DNA from: Haplodiscus bocki
Lineage: Eukaryota
Length of the DNA: 64,000 nucleotides
Assembly (NCBI GenBank): GCA_965655095.1
Contig: OZ296652.1
Location: forward strand, 39,680,001 to 39,744,000
Reading direction: 5' to 3'
Shown here: positions 38,101 through 54,200 of the stretch, piece by piece
Position numbering within the stretch: the first letter of the stretch is position 1
Layout of the letters: the number at the start of each line of letters is the position of its first letter
The notes under the pieces: generated by a model
Database searches by the model: none
The model's input: only the letters and a program-made list of their open reading frames with translations
Told to the model about the DNA's origin: nothing
Position numbers and translations under genes: made by a program

Positions 38101-39286
38101 TCAATAATTTCCGCAAAAATTGTTTTTTGGGTGCATAATAGTGAAAGCAATGCGTTTGAATAAACAATGCGACTTCCAGCCTTCCAGTGACGGCAACGCT
38201 TTTCTTTTGACCAATCGTTTTTACACGTCTGACTTTTAACAGTAAATTGCGAAACTGTGGCACGATGATTGAGAGGAAAATGTTAATTAAGTCACTAGTA
38301 GAAAATACATCGAAAAATCCATGAAACAGAACTCTTCAACAAACAACTTCACAATCTGTGCTAGTTTCGATATTTTTTCTATTTGTAGAAGTCCTTCTGA
38401 TTGGCAGTTGAATCTAAATTAAAAGTGATAACCAAAATCTAAATCTCCCACAAGCTGTCTCCCTATCAGGGAAACTTGTTCCAATTGTGCGTCTTTGTCC
38501 AACAAATTGTCACCCTACCGCAGGATCCTTTTTCTACTTGAAAATTTTTCGAGACTACCTGTATTCTGTCTTCTTAGCAAAGGAAAATGTTTCATGTGAG
38601 TGGTCTTCTCAGCCCCTCTGTCGCCATATTGCAACATCAAATATCTACTTGATTACTTTCATCAAACCAACTGTCTCTTTATGCAAGTTCTACTCGCTTT
38701 ATTTTCCCTCAGAAAAACAGAGAAAAAAATTGTGGCTCAAACATTCATGGAGAACAACCTCACAAAGTTTGTGCTAGAATTTTACTTGTCTATGATTTTT
38801 GGGGAAGCAACATGGTCAATTTAACTTGCGACTAGAACTAATGATTGAAAACCTCAATGTGGTTATGTGACCAAAATTTGTGCTTCTGCTCATGCGAACC
38901 TGGCTTTTAATTAAAGTATCCAAAACATAGTGAATGTGAAATGAACATAACTTTTTATCGATGGAAGTGTTTTTTGTATAAAACCCGAGCAATACAAAAA
39001 CTAGCTCTAGCAATTGATAGAGAACAACTTTCGATAGTTTGTGATAAAAGTTCAGTCAGTTATCGTTTATGGGCCGCCAACGTGGTCACTCTAACGTCAG
39101 ACTAACAGAGTTTTTTATGTTTATGTGACCAATATTTTGTTCTGTGGTTTTTCCACATTTGAGATAATAAAAGATGTAGCACTTGCTACATATCTTTGAG
39201 CCAAAATCTCTCCTGTAAATCTACAGTCAAGGTGCTCCGATATTTAGATTAATTTCAGATTGTTTCGTTACACTATTGATTCTGAA

Positions 39287-42200
39287 ATGTCCTCTCTCGG
39301 TCGGACTGAAAAAAATACTTCTGACAGTTAAGGTACCCCAACCACAAGAAGCTATTTTGGCTCAAAAAACACATTCTGCTGGATCTCTTAGTTGTCCTTT
39401 TGGTACCATTTTCTCAACAGGGTTTCAAGTTCAATTGAAATATCACATTACCTACAATTTTTCACTAGCAAATGCTTGAGCTGTGGTAAAGATCGCGATG
39501 GAAAATGTTGAAAATTTCTGTAAGTTTGAATTGATTAACCTGTAGCTCAAACTTTTCAACAAGGAAAAAGATGCAATTTTCAAAAATTTGAAAAAGAATG
39601 ATGTACGCGTTTGTCTGTTTGTTAGTTAAATGATTTGTTTATAACGTACTGATTGAAAACTTCAATGTTGTAATGTGACCAAATTTTACGTACCTGCTCA
39701 TGTAAACCTGGCTTTTATTTAAAGTCTCCAAAGCATAGTGATTATGAAATAAACCTAACTTTTTTGCCGATGGTAGTGTTTTTTGTATAAAACCAGAGCA
39801 ATACAGAAAAATAGCTCTAACAGTCGATAGAGAACAACTTTCGATAGTTTGTGATAAAAGTTCAGTCAGTTATCGTTTATGGGCCCCCAACGTGGTCACT
39901 CTAACGTCAGACTAACAGAGTTTTTTATGTTTATGTGACCAATATTTTGTTCTGTGGTTTTTCCACATTTGGGATAATAAAAAGTGTAGCCCTTGCTACA
40001 TATCTTTGAGCTGTTCTCTTTCTTGTAAAAATACAGTCAAGGTGCTCCGATCTTTAGAAAAATTTTCAATTGTTTCTTTACACCCTTGATTCTGAAATGC
40101 CCTCTCTCGGTCGGACTGAAAAAAATACTTCTGACAGTTAAGGTACCCCAACCACAAGAAGCTATTTTGGCTCAAAAAACACATTCTGCTGGATCTCTTA
40201 GTTGTCCTTTTGGTACCATTTTCTCAACAGGGTTTCAAGTTGAATTGAAATATCACATTACCTACAATTTTTCACTAGCAAATGCTTGAGCTGTGGTAAA
40301 GATCGCGATGGAAAATGTTGAAAAATTCTGTAAGTTTGAATTGATTAACCTGTAGCTCAAACTTTTCAACAAGGAAAAAGATGCAATTTTCAAAAATTTG
40401 AAAAAGAATGATGTACGCGTTTGTCTGTTTGTTAGTTAAATGATTTGTTTATAACGTACTGATTGAAAACTTCAATGTGGTAATGTGACCAAATTTTACG
40501 TACCTGCTCATGTAAACCTGGCTTTTATTTAAAGTCTCCAAAGCATAGTGATTATGAAATAAACCTAACTTTTTTGCCGATGGTAGTGTTTTTTGTATAA
40601 AACCAGAGCAATACAGAAAAATAGCTCTAACAGTCGATAGAGAACAACTTGAAGTAGTTTGTGATGAAGTTTCGATCGCTTATCAACTATGGGGCGCCAA
40701 CGTGGTCATTCCAAATTCAGACTAACAGCGCTTTTTTATGGGTATGTGACCAGTGTTTTGTTCTGTGGTATTTCCACATTTGGGATAATAAAAATGTAGC
40801 CCTTGCTACATATCTTTGAGCTGTTCTCTTTCTTGCAAAAATACAGTAAAGGTGCTCCGATCTTTAGAAAAATTTTCAATTGTTTCTTTACACCCTTGAT
40901 TCTGAAATGCCCTCTCTCGATCGCCCCAAAAAATTGTCTGTGACAATTGTGGTAACCAAACCACAAGAAGCCATTTTGGCTCACAAAAGACATTCTATTG
41001 GATCCCCTTCTTGTCCTTCGGTACCAATTTCTCAACAGAGTTTCAATTTGACTTGAAATATCACATTGCCAACAAATTTTCACCAGCAAATGCTAGAGCT
41101 ATGGTAATTTTCGCCATGAAAAATGTAAAGATTTTCTGTAAGTTTGAATTGATCAACCTGTAGTACAAATTTTTCACGGGAAAAATGCAAGTTTGAAAAA
41201 TTTGAAATTGGTGAGATAAACGCATTTGTGTGTTTAATAGTTCAATGATTTGTTTAATGCAATGAGAAAGGACCTTGGTTTGTGATTCGGTATATCCAAT
41301 GTCGTTTTCGGGTTTCGGCAGTCGAAGCTTAGTTGTTTTGTCAGCTTGATAAAACTTTTTGAGAATGTCAAGCAATTCTCGGAGTGAGGAGCAATGTTCT
41401 TGTTCGGAGATATTTACTTCTGTTACAAGAGATAATGCTGCTTTACTTTCAAAATTCAAAAACGGAAACACTTGTTTCTAGAAGGCCTTTTGTTGCGACC
41501 TTCGCTAAATCATCCTATTCGATGCCGGGACTTGGAAATGTCAAAAACAAGGTTGTAAAAACATCTTTATACGTCCAACTGTCCCAAAGTTTTCCTTGTA
41601 ACTGTTCGTAAAATGATACAGTTTTCACTAACTGGGAAGTGTTTGTTCGACAGCCAACAATAGTTTCCAATCAATAATTTCCGCAAAAATTGTTTTTTGG
41701 GTCATAATAGTGAAAGCAATGCGTTTGAATAAACAATGCGACTTCCAGCCTTCCAGTGACGGCAACGCTTTTCTTTTGACCAATCGTTTTTACACGTCTG
41801 ACTTTTAACAGTAAATTGCGAAACTGTGGCACGATGATTGAGAGGAAAATGTTAATTAAGTCACTAGTAGAAAATACATCGAAAAATCCATGAAACAGAA
41901 CTCTTCAGCAATCAACTTCACAATCTGTGCTAGTTTCAATATTTGTTCTATTTGTAGAAGTCCTTCTGATTGGCAGTTGAATCTAAATTAAAAATGATAA
42001 CCAAAATCTAAATCTCCCACAAGCTGTCTCCCTAACACGGAAACTTGTTCCAATTGTGCGTTTTTGTCCAACAAATTGTCACCCTACCGCAGGATCCTTT
42101 TTCTACTTGAAAATTTTTCGAGACTACCTGTATTCTGTCTTCTTAGCAAAGGAAAATGTTTCATGTGAGTGGTCTTCTCAGCCACTCTGTCGCCATATTG

Positions 42201-45200
42201 CAACATCAAATATCTACTTGATTATTTCCATCAAACCAACTGTCTCTTTATGCAAGTTCTACTCGCTTTGTTTTCCCTCAGAAAAACAAAGAAAAAAATT
42301 GTGGCTCAAACATTCATGGAGAACAACCTCACAAAATTTGTGCTAGAATTTTACTTGTCTATGATTTTTGGGGAAGCAACATGGTCAATTTAACTTGCGA
42401 CTAAAACTAATGATTGAAAACCTCAATGTGGTTATGTGACCAAAAATTGTGCTTCTGCTCATGCGAACCTGGCTTTTAATTAAAGTATCCAAAACATAGT
42501 GAATGTGAAATGAACATAACTTTTTATCGATGGTAGTGTTTTTTGTATAAAACCAGAGCAATACAAAAACTAGCTCTAACAATTGATAGAGAACAACGTT
42601 AGATAGTTTGTGATAAAAGTTAAGTCACTTATCGTTTATGGGCCGCCAACGTGGTCACTCTAACGTCAAACTAACAGAGTTTTTTATGTTTATGTGACCA
42701 ATATTTTGTTCTGTGGTTTTTCCACATTTGAGATAATAAAAGATGTAGCAGTTGCTACATATCTTTGAGCCAAAATCTCTCCTATAAATCTACAGTCAAG
42801 GTGCTCCGATATTTAGATTAATTTCAAATTGTTTCGTTACACTATTGATTCTGAAATGTCCTCTCTCGGTCGGACTGAAAAAAATACTTCTGACAGTTAA
42901 GGTACCCCAACCACAAGAAGCTATTTTGGCTCACAAAACACATTCTGCTGGATCTCTTAGTTGTCCTTTTGGTACCATTTTCTCAAGAGAGTTTCAAGTT
43001 GAATTGAAATATCACATTACCTACAATTTTTCACTAGCAAATGCTTGAGCTGTGTTGAATATCGCGATGGAAAATGTTGAAAATTTCTGTAAGTTTGAAT
43101 TGATTAACCTGTAGCTCAAACTTTTCAAGGAAAAATATGCAACTTTCAAAATGTTGAAAAAGAATGATGTACGCGTTTGTCTGTTTGATAGTTAAATGAT
43201 TTGTTTATAACGTATTGATTGAAAACTTCAATGTGGTAATGTGACCAACTTTCACGTACCTGCTCATGTAAACCTGGCTTTTTTTTAACGTCTCCAAAGC
43301 ATAGTGAATATGAAATAAACCTAACTTTTTTGCCGATGGTAGTGTTTTTTGTATAAAACCAGAGCAATACAAAAAACTAGCTCCAACAGTCGATAGAGAA
43401 CAACTTAAAGTAGTTTGTGATAAAGTTTCGATCGCTTATCAACTATGGGGCGCCAACGTGGTCATTCCAAATTCAGACTAACAGCGCTTTTTTATGGGTA
43501 TGTGACCAGTATTTTGTTCTGTGGTATTTCCACATTTGGGATAATAAAAATGTAGCCCTTGCTACATATCTTTGAGCTGTTCTCTTTCTTGCAAAAATAC
43601 AGTCAAGGTGCTCCGATCTTTGGAAAAAATTTCAAATGTTTCTTTACACCCTTGATTCTGAAATGCCCTCTCTCGATCGCCCCAAAATATTGTCTGTGAC
43701 AATTGTGGTAACCAAACCACAAGAAGCCATTTTGGCTCACAAAAGACATTCTATTCGATTCCTTACTTGTCCTTCGGTACCAATTTCTCAACAGAGTTTC
43801 AAGTTGAATTGAAATATCACATTGCCAACAAATTTTCACCAGCTAATGCTTGAGCTGTGGTAAATATCGCGATGGAAAATGTTGAAAATTTCTGTAAGTT
43901 TGAATTGATCAACCTGTAGTACAAACTTTTCACGGGAAAAAATGCAAGTTTGAAAATTTTGAAATTGGTGAGATAAACGCATTTGTGTGTTTAATAGTTC
44001 AATGATTTGTTTAATGCAATGAGAAAGGACCTTGGTTTGTGATTCGGTATATCCAATGTCGTTTTCGGGTTTCGGCAGTCGAAGCTTAGTTGTTTTGTCA
44101 GCTTGATAAAACCTTTTGAGAATGTCAAGCAATTCGCGGAGTGAGGAGCAAAGTTCTTTTTCGGAGATATTTATTTCTGATACAGGAGAAAACGCTGCTT
44201 TACCTTCAAATCTCAAAAATCGAAAAACTTGTTTCAAGAAGGCCTTCTGTTGCGACCTTCGCTAAGTCATGCTATTCGATGCCGGGACTTGGAAATGTCA
44301 AAAACAAGGTTGTAAAAACAACTTTATACGTCCAACTGTCCCAAAGTTTTCTTTGTAACTGTTCGTAAAATGATACAATTTGCACTAACTGGGAAGTGTT
44401 TGTTCGACAGCCAACAATAGTTTCCAATCAATAATTTCCGCAAAAATTGTTTTTTGGGTGCATAATAGTGAAAGCAATGCGTTTGAATAAACAATGCGAC
44501 TTCCAGCCTTCCAGTGACGGCAACGATTTTCTTTTGACCAATCGTTTTTACACGTCAGACTTTTAACAGTAAATTGCGAAACTGTGGCATGATGATTGAG
44601 AGGAAAATGATAACTAAGTCACTAGGAGAAGATACATCGAAAAATCCATGAAACAGTACTTTTCAGCAATCAACTTCACAATCTGTGCTAGTTTCAATAT
44701 TTTTTCTATTTGTAGAAGTCCTTCTGATTGGCAGTTGAATCTAAATTAAAAATGATAACCAAAATCTAAATCTCCCACAAGCTGTCTCCCTATCACGGAA
44801 ACTTGTTCCAATTGTGCGTTTTTGTCCAACAAATTGTCACCCTACCGCAGGATCATTTTTTCTACTTGAAAATTTTTCGAGACTACCTGTATTCTGTCTT
44901 CTTAGCAAAGGAAAATGTTTCATGTGAGTGGTCTTCTCAGCCACTCTGTCGCCATATTGCAACATCAAATATCTACTTGATTACTTTCATCAAACCAACT
45001 GTCTCTTTATGCAAGTTCTACTCGCTTTATTTTCCCTCAGAAAAACAAAGAAAAAAATTGTGGCTCAAACATTCATGGAGAACAACCTCACAAAGTTTGT
45101 GCTAGAATTTTACTTGTCTATGATTTTTGGGGAAGCAACATGGTCAATTTAACTTGCGACTAGAACTAATGATTGAAAACCTCAATGTGGTTATGTGACC

Positions 45201-48200
45201 AAAATTTGTACTTCTGCTCATGCGAACCTGGCTTTTAATTAAAGTATCCAAAACATAGTGAATGTGAAATGAACATAACTTTTTATCGATGGTAGTGTTT
45301 TTTGTATAAAACCAGAGCAATACAAAAACTAGCTCTAACAATTGACAGAGAACAACTTTAGATAGTTTGTGATAAAAGTTCAGTCACTTATCGTTTATGG
45401 GCCGCCAACGTGGTCACTCTAACGTCAAACTAACACAGTTTTTTATGTTTATGTGACCAATATTTTGTTCTGTGGTTTTTCCACATTTGAGATAATAAAA
45501 GATGTAGCAGATGCTACATATCTTTGAGCCAAAACCTCTCCTATAAATCTACAGTCAAGATGCTCCGATATTTAGATTAATTTCAAATTGTTCCGTTACA
45601 CTATTGATTCTGAAATGTCCTCTCTCGGTCGGACTGAAAAAAATACTTCTGACAGTTAAGGTACCCCAACCACAAGAAGCTATTTTGGCTCACAAAACAC
45701 ATTCTGCTGGATCTTTTAGTTGTCCTTTTGGTACCATTTTCTCAACAGAGTTTCAAGTTGAATTGAAATATCACATTACCTACAATTTTTCACTAGAATA
45801 AGCTTGAGCTGTGGTAAATATCGCGATGGAAAATGTTGAAAATTTCTGTAAGTTTGAATTGATTAACCTGTAGTTCAAACTTTTCCAGGAAAAAGATGCA
45901 ATTTTCAAAATTTTGAAAAAGAATGATGTACGCGTTTGTCTGTTTGATAGTTAAATGATTTGTTTATAACGTATTGATTGAAAACTTCAATGTGGTAATG
46001 TGACCAACTTTCACGTACCTGCTCATGTAAACCTGGCTTTTATTTAACGTCTCCAAAGCATAGTGAATATGAAATAAACCTAACTTTTTTGCCGATGGTA
46101 GTGTTTTTTGTATAAAACCAGAGCAATACAAAAAACTAGCTCCAACAGTCGATAGAGAACAACTTAAAGTAGTTTGTGATAAAGTTTCGATCGCTTATCA
46201 ACTATGGGGCGCCAACGTGGTCATTCCAAATTCAGACTAACAGCGCTTTTTTATGGGTATGTGACCAGTGTTTTGTTCTGTGGTATTTCCACATTTGGGA
46301 TAATAAAAATGTAGCCCTTGCTACATATCTTTGAGCTGTTCTCTTTCTTGCAAAAATACAGTCAAGGTGCTCCGATCTTTGGAAAAAATTTCAAATGTTT
46401 CTTTACACCCTTGATTCTGAAATGCCCTCTCTCGATCGCCCCAAAATATTGTCTGTGACAATTGTGGTAACCAAACCACAAGAAGCCATTTTGGCTCACA
46501 AAAGACATTCTATTCGATTCCTTACTTGTCCTTCGGTACCAATTTCTCAACAGAGTTTCAAGTTGAATTGAAATATCACATTGCCAACAAATTTTCACCA
46601 GCTAATGCTTGAGCTGTGGTAAATATCGCGATGGAAAATGTTGAAAATTTCTGTAAGTTTGAATTGATCAACCTGTAGTACAAACTTTTCACGGGAAAAA
46701 ATTCAAGTTTGAAAATTTTGAAATTGGTGAGATAAACGCATTTGTGTGTTTAATAGTTCAATGATTTGTTTAATGCAATGAGAAAGGACCTTGGTTTGTG
46801 ATTCGGTATATCCAATGTCGTTTTCGGGTTTCGGCAGTCGAAGCTTAGTTGTTTTGTCAGCTTGATAAAACCTTTTGAGAATGTCAAGCAAATCGCGGAG
46901 TGAGGAGCAAAGTTCTTTTTCGGATATATTTATTTCTGATACAGGAGAAAACGCTGCTTTACCTTCAAATCTCAAAAATCGAAAAACTTGTTTCAAGAAG
47001 GCCTTCTGTTGCGACCTTCGCTAAGTCATGCTATTCGATGCCGGGACTTGGAAATGTCAAAAACAAGGTTGTAAAAACAACTTTATACGTCCAACTGTCC
47101 CAAAGTTTTCTTTGTAACTGTTCGTAAAATGATACAATTTGCACTAACTGGGAAGTGTTTGTTCGACAGCCAACAATAGTTTCCAATCAATAATTTCCGC
47201 AAAAATTGTTTTTTTTGGGTGCATAATCGTGAAAACAATGCGTTTGAATAAACAATGCGACTTCCAGCCTTCCAGTGACGGCAACGCTTTTCTTTTGACC
47301 AATCGTTTTTACACGTCAGACTTTTAACAGTAAATTGCGAAACTGTGGCATGATGATTGAGAGGAAAATGTTAACTAAGTCACTAGGAGAAAATACATCG
47401 AAAAATCCATGAAACAGTACTTTTCAGCAATCAACTTCACAATCTGTGCTAGTTTCAATAATTGTTCTATTTGTAGAAGTCCTTCTGATTGGCAGTTGAA
47501 TCTAAATTAAAAATGATAACCAGAATCTAAATCTCCCACAAGCTGTCTCCCTATCACGGAAACTTGTTCCAATTGTGGGTCTTTGTCCAACAAATTGTCA
47601 CCCTACCGCAGGATACTTTTTCTACTTGAAAATTTTTCGAGACTACCTGTATTCTGTCTTCTTAGCAAAGGAAAATGTTTCATGTGAGTGGTCTTCTCAG
47701 CCCCTCTGTCGCCATATTGCAACATCAAATATCTACTTGATTACTTTCATCAAACCAACTGTCTCTTTATGCAAGTTCTACTCGCTTTATTTTCCCTCAG
47801 AAAAACAGAGAAAAAAATTGTGGCTCAAACATTCATGGAGAACAACCTCACAAAGTTTGTGCTAGAATTTTACTTGTCTATGATTTTTGGGGAAGCAACA
47901 TGGTCAATTTAACTTGCGACTAGAACTAATGATTGAAAACCTCAATGTGGTTATGTGACCAAAATTTGTGCTTCTGCTCATGCGAACCTGGCTTTTAATT
48001 AAAGTATCCAAAACATAGTGAATGTGAAATGAACATAACTTTTTATCGATGGTAGTGTTTTTTGTATAAAACCAGAGCAATACAAAAAACTAGCTACAAC
48101 AGTCGATAGAGAACAACTTAAAGTAGTTTGTGATAAAGTTTCGATCGCTTATCAACTATGGGGCGCCAACGTGGTCATTCCAAATTCAGACTAACAGCGC

Positions 48201-51200
48201 TTTTTTATGGGTATGTGACCAGTATTTTGTTCTGTGGTATTTCCACATTTGGGATAATAAAAAGTGTAGCCCTTGCTACATATCTTTGAGCTGTTCTCTT
48301 TCTTGCAAAAATACAGTCAAGGTGCTCCGATCTTTAGAAAAATTTTCAATTGTTTCTTTACACCCTTGATTCTGAAATGCCCTCTCTCGATCGCCCCAAA
48401 AAATTGTCTGTGACAATTGTGGTAACCAAACCACAAGAAGCCATTTTGGCTCACAAAAGACATTCTATTGGATCCCTTACTTGTCCTTCGGTACCAATTT
48501 CTCAACAGAGTTTCAATTTGAATTGAAATATCACATTGCCAACAAATTTTCACCAGCTAATGCTTGAGCTGTGGTAAATATCGCGATGGAAAATGTTGAA
48601 AATTTCTGTAAGTTTGAATTGATCAACCTGTAGTACAAACTTTTCACGGGAAAAAATGCAAGTTTGAAAATTTTGAAATTGGTGAGATAAACGCATTTGT
48701 GTGTTTAATAGTTCAATGATTTGTTTAATGCAATGGGAAAGGACCTTGGTTTGTGATTCGGTATATCCAATGTCGTTTTCGGGTTTCGGCCGTCGAAGCT
48801 TAGTTGTTTTGTCAGCTTGATAAAACCTTTTGAGAATGTCAAGCAAATCGCGGAGTGAGGAGCAAAGTTCTTTTTCGGAGATATTTATTTCTGATACAGG
48901 AGAAAACGCTGCTTTACCTTCAAATCTCAAAAATCGAAAAACTTTTTTCAAGAAGGCCTTCTGTTGCGACCTTCGCTAAGTCATGCTATTCGATGCCGGG
49001 ACTTGGAAATGTCAAAAACAAGGTTGTAAAAACAACTTTATACGTCCAACTGTCCCAAAGTTTTCTTTGTAACTGTTCGTAAAATGATACAATTTGCACT
49101 AACTGGGAAGTGTTTGTTCGACAGCCAACAATAGTTTCCAATCAATAATTTCCGCAAAAATTGTTTTTTGGGTGCATAATCGTGAAAACAATGCGTTTGA
49201 ATAAACAATGCGACTTCCAGCCTTCCAGTGACGGCAACGCTTTTCTTTTGACCAATTGTTTTCACACGTCAGACTTTTAACAGTAAATTGCGAAACTGTG
49301 GCATGATGATTGAGAGGAAAATGTTAACTAAGTCACTAGGAGAAAATACATCGAAAAATCCAAGAAACAGTACTTTTCAGCAATCAACTTCACAATCTGT
49401 GCTAGTTTCAATATTTGTTCTATTTGTAGAAGTCCTTCTGATTGGCAGTTGAATCTAAATTAAAAATGATAACCAGAATCTAAATCTCCCACAAGCTGTC
49501 TCCCTATCACGGAAACTTGTTCCAATTGTGGGTCTTTGTCCAACAAATTGTCACCCTACCGCAGGATACTTTTTCTACTTGAAAATTTTTCGAGACTACC
49601 TGTATTCTATCTTCTTAGCAAAGGAAAATGTTTCATGTGAGTGGTCTTCTCAGCCCCTCTGTCGCCATATTGCAACATCAAATATCTACTTGATTACTTT
49701 CATCAAACCAACTGTCTCTTTATGCAAGTTCTACTCGCTTTATTTTCCCTCAGAAAAACAAAGAAAAAAATTGTGGCTCAAACATTCATGGAGAACAACC
49801 TCACAAAGTTTGTGCTAGAATTTTACTTGTCTATGATTTTTGGGGAAGCAACATGGTCAATTTAACTTGCGACTAGAACTAATGATTGAAAACCTCAATG
49901 TGGTTATGTGACCAAAATTTGTACTTCTGCTCATGCGAACCTGGCTTTTAATTAAAGTATCCAAAACATAGTGAATGTGAAATGAACATAACTTTTTATC
50001 GATGGTAGTGTTTTTTGTATAAAACCAGAGCAATACAAAAACTAGCTCTAACAATTGACAGAGAACAACTTTAGATAGTTTGTGATAAAAGTTCAGTCAC
50101 TTATCGTTTATGGGCCGCCAACGTGGTCACTCTAACGTCAAACTAACAGAGTTTTTTATGTTTATGTGACCAATATTTTGTTCTGTGGTTTTTCCACATT
50201 TGAGATAAGAAAAGATATAGCAGTTGTTACATATCTTTGAGCCAACATCTCTCCTGTAAATTTACAGTCAAGGTGCTCCGATATTTAGATTAATTTCAAA
50301 TTGTTTCGTTACACTATTGATTCTGAAATGCCTCTCTAGGTCGGACCGAGAAAGTTAATTGTGACAATTGTGGTACCCAAACCACAACAAGCCATGTTGG
50401 CTCGCAAAAGACATTCTGCTGGATCCCTTACTTGTCCATCTGATACCAATGTCTCAACAGGGTTTCAAGTTGAATTGAAATATCACATTATCTACAAACT
50501 TTCACTAGCAAATGCTAGAGCTGTGGTAATTGTCGCGATGGAGAATGTTGAAAATTTCTGTAAGTTTGAATTGATTAAACTGTAGTTCAAACTTTTCGAG
50601 AAAAAAGATGCAATTTTCAAAATTTTGAAAGAAGAATGATGTACGCATTTGTCTGTTTGATAGTTAAATGATTTGTTTATAGCGTAGTGATTGAAAACTT
50701 CAATGTGGTAATGTGACCAAATTTTACGTACCTGCTTATGTAAACCTGGCTTTTATTTAAAGTCTCCAAAGCATAGTGATTATGAAATAAACCTAACTTT
50801 TTTTATCGATGGTATTGTTTTTTGTATGAAACCAGAGGAATACAAAAAACTAGCTCTAACAATTGATAGAGAACAACTTTAGATAGTTTGTGATAAAAGT
50901 TCAGTCACTTATCGTTTATGGGCCGCCAACGTGGTCACTCTAACGTCAAACTAACAGAGTTTTTTATGTTTATGTGACCAATATTTTGTTCTGTGGTTTT
51001 TCCACATTTGAGATAATAAAAGATGTAGCAGATGCTACATATCTTTGAGCCAAAACCTCTCCTATAAATCTACAGTCAAGATGCTCCGATATTTAGATTA
51101 ATTTCAAATTGTTCCGTTACACTATTAATTCTGAAATGTCCTCTCTCGGTCGGACTGAAAAAAATACTTCTGACAGTTAAGGTACCCCAACCACAAGAAG

Positions 51201-54200
51201 CTATTTTGGCTCACAAAACACATTCTGCTGGATCTCTTAGTTGTCCTTTTGGTACCATTTTCTCAACAGAGTTTCAAGTTGAATTGAAATATCACATTAC
51301 CTACAATTTTTCACTAGAATAAGCTTGAGCTGTGGTAAATATCGCGATGGAAAATGTTGAAAATTTCTGTAAGTTTGAATTGATTAACCTGTAGTTCAAA
51401 CTTTTCAAGGAAAAAGATGCATTTTTCAAAATTTTGAAAAAAAATGATGTACGCGTTTGTCTGTTTGATAGTTAAATGATTTGTTTATAACGTATTGATT
51501 GAAAACTTCAATGTGGTAATGTGACCAACTTTCACGTACCTGCTCATGTAAACCTGGCTTTTATTTAACGTCTCCAAAGCATAGTGAATATGAAATAAAC
51601 CTAACTTTTTTGCCGATGGTAGTGTTTTTTGTATAAAACCAGAGCAATACAAAAAACTAGCTACAACAGTCGATAGAGAACAACTTAAAGTAGTTTGTGA
51701 TAAAGTTTCGATCGCTTATCAACTATGGGGCGCCAACGTGGTCATTCCAAATTCAGACTAACAGCGCTTTTTTATGGGTATGTGACCAGTATTTTGTTCT
51801 GTGGTATTTCCACATTTGGGATAATAAAAAGTGTAGCCCTTGCTACATATCTTTGAGCTGTTCTCTTTCTTGTAAAAATACAGTCAAGGTGCTCCGATCT
51901 TTAGAAAAATTTTCAATTGTTTCTTTACACCCTTGATTCTGAAATGCCCTCTCTCGATCGCCCCAAAAAATTGTCTGTGACAATTGTGGTAACCAAACCA
52001 CAAGATGCCATTTTGGCTCACAAAAGACATTCTATTGGATCTCTTACTTGTCCTTCGGTACCAATTTCTCAACAGAGTTTCAATTTGAATTGAAATATCA
52101 CATTGCCAACAAATTTTCACAAGCAAATGCTAGAGCTATGGTAATTTTCGCGATGAAAAATGTAAAAAATTTCTGTAAGTTTGAATTGATCAACCTGTAG
52201 TACAAATTTTTCACGGGAAAAAATGCAAGTTTGAAAATTTTGAAATTGGTGAGATAAACGCCTATGTGTGTTTAATAGTTCAATGATTTGTTTAATGCAA
52301 TGAGAAAGGACCTTGGTTTGTGATTCGGTATATCCAATGTCGTTTTCGGGTTTCGGCAGTCGAAGCTTAGTTGTTTTGTCAGCTTGATAAAACCTTTTGA
52401 GAATGTCAAGCAAATCGCGGAGTGAGGAGCAAAGTACTTTTTCGGAGATATTTACTTCTATACAGGAGAAAACGCTGCTTTACCTTCAAATCTCAAAAAT
52501 CGAAAAACTTGTTTCTAGAAGACGTTCTGTTGCGACCTTCGCTAAATCATGCTATTCGATGCCGGGACTTGGAAATGTCGAAAACAAGGTTGTAAAAACA
52601 ACTTTATACGTCCAACTGTCCCAAAGTTTTCCTTGTAACTGTTCGTAAAATGATACACTTTGCACTAACTGGGAAGTGTTTGTTCGACAGCCAACAATAG
52701 TTTCCAATCAAAAATTTCCGCAAAAATTGTTTTTTGGGTAAATAACCGTGAAAGCAATGCGTTTGAATAAACAATGCGACTTCCAGCCTTCCAGTGACGG
52801 CAACGCTTTTCTTTTGACCAATCGTTTTTACACGTCTGACTTTTAACAGTAAATTGCGAAACTGTGGCATGATGATTGAGAGGAAAATGTTAACTAGGTC
52901 ACTAGAAGAAACTACATCAAAAACTCCATGAAAATGAACTTTTCATTAATCAACTTCACAATCTGTGCTAGTTTCGATATTTGTTCTATTTGTAGAATTC
53001 CTGTTGATTGGCAGTTGAATCTAAATTAAAAGTGATAACCAAAATCTTAATCTCCCACAAGCTGTTTCCCTATCAGGGAAACTTGTTCCAATTGTGCGTC
53101 TTTGTCCAACAAATTGTCCCCTACCGCAGGATCCTTTTTCTACTTGAAAATTTTTCGGGACTACCTGTATTCTGTCTTCATAGCAAAGGAAAATGTTTCA
53201 TGTGAGTGGTCTTCTCAGCCACTCTGTCGCCATATTGCAACATCAAATATCTACTTGATTATTTTCATCAAACCAACTGTCTCTTTATGCAAGTTCTACT
53301 CGCTTTATTTACCCTCAGAAAAACAAAGAAAAAAATTGTGGCTCAAACACTCATGGAGAACAACCTCACAAAGTTTGTGCTAGAATTTTACTTGTCTATG
53401 ATTTTTGGGGAAGCAACATGGTCAATTTAACTTGCGACTAGAACTAATGATTGAAAACCTCAATGTGGTTATGTGACCAAAATTTGTGCTTCTGCTCATG
53501 CGAACTTGGCTTTTAATTAAAGTATCCAAAACATAGTGAATGTGAAATGAACATAACTTTTTATCGATGGTAGTGTTTTTTGTATAAAACCAGAGCAATA
53601 CAAAAACTAGCTCTAACAATTGATAGAGAACAACTTTAGATAGTTTGTGATAAAAGTTCAGTCACTTATCGTTTATGGGCCGCCAACGTGGTCACTCTAA
53701 CGTCAAACTAACAGAGTTTTTTATGTTTATGTGACCAATATTTTGTTCTGTGGTTTTTCCACATTTGAGATAATAAAAGATGTAGCAGATGCTACATATC
53801 TTTGAGCCAAAACCTCTCCTATAAATCTACAGTCAAGATGCTCCGATATTTAGATTAATTTCAAATTGTTCCGTTACACTATTAATTCTGAAATGTCCTC
53901 TCTCGGTCGGACTGAAAAAAATACTTCTGACAGTTAAGGTACCCCAACCACAAGAAGCTATTTTGGCTCACAAAACACATTCTGCTGGATCTCTTAGTTG
54001 TCCTTTTGGTACCATTTTCTCAACAGAGTTTCAAGTTGAATTGAAATATCACATTACCTACAATTTTTCACTAGAATAAGCTTGAGCTGTGGTAAATATC
54101 GCGATGGAAAATGTTGAAAATTTCTGTAAGTTTGAATTGATTAACCTGTAGTTCAAACTTTTCAAGGAAAAAGATGCAATTTTCAAAATTTTGAAAAAGA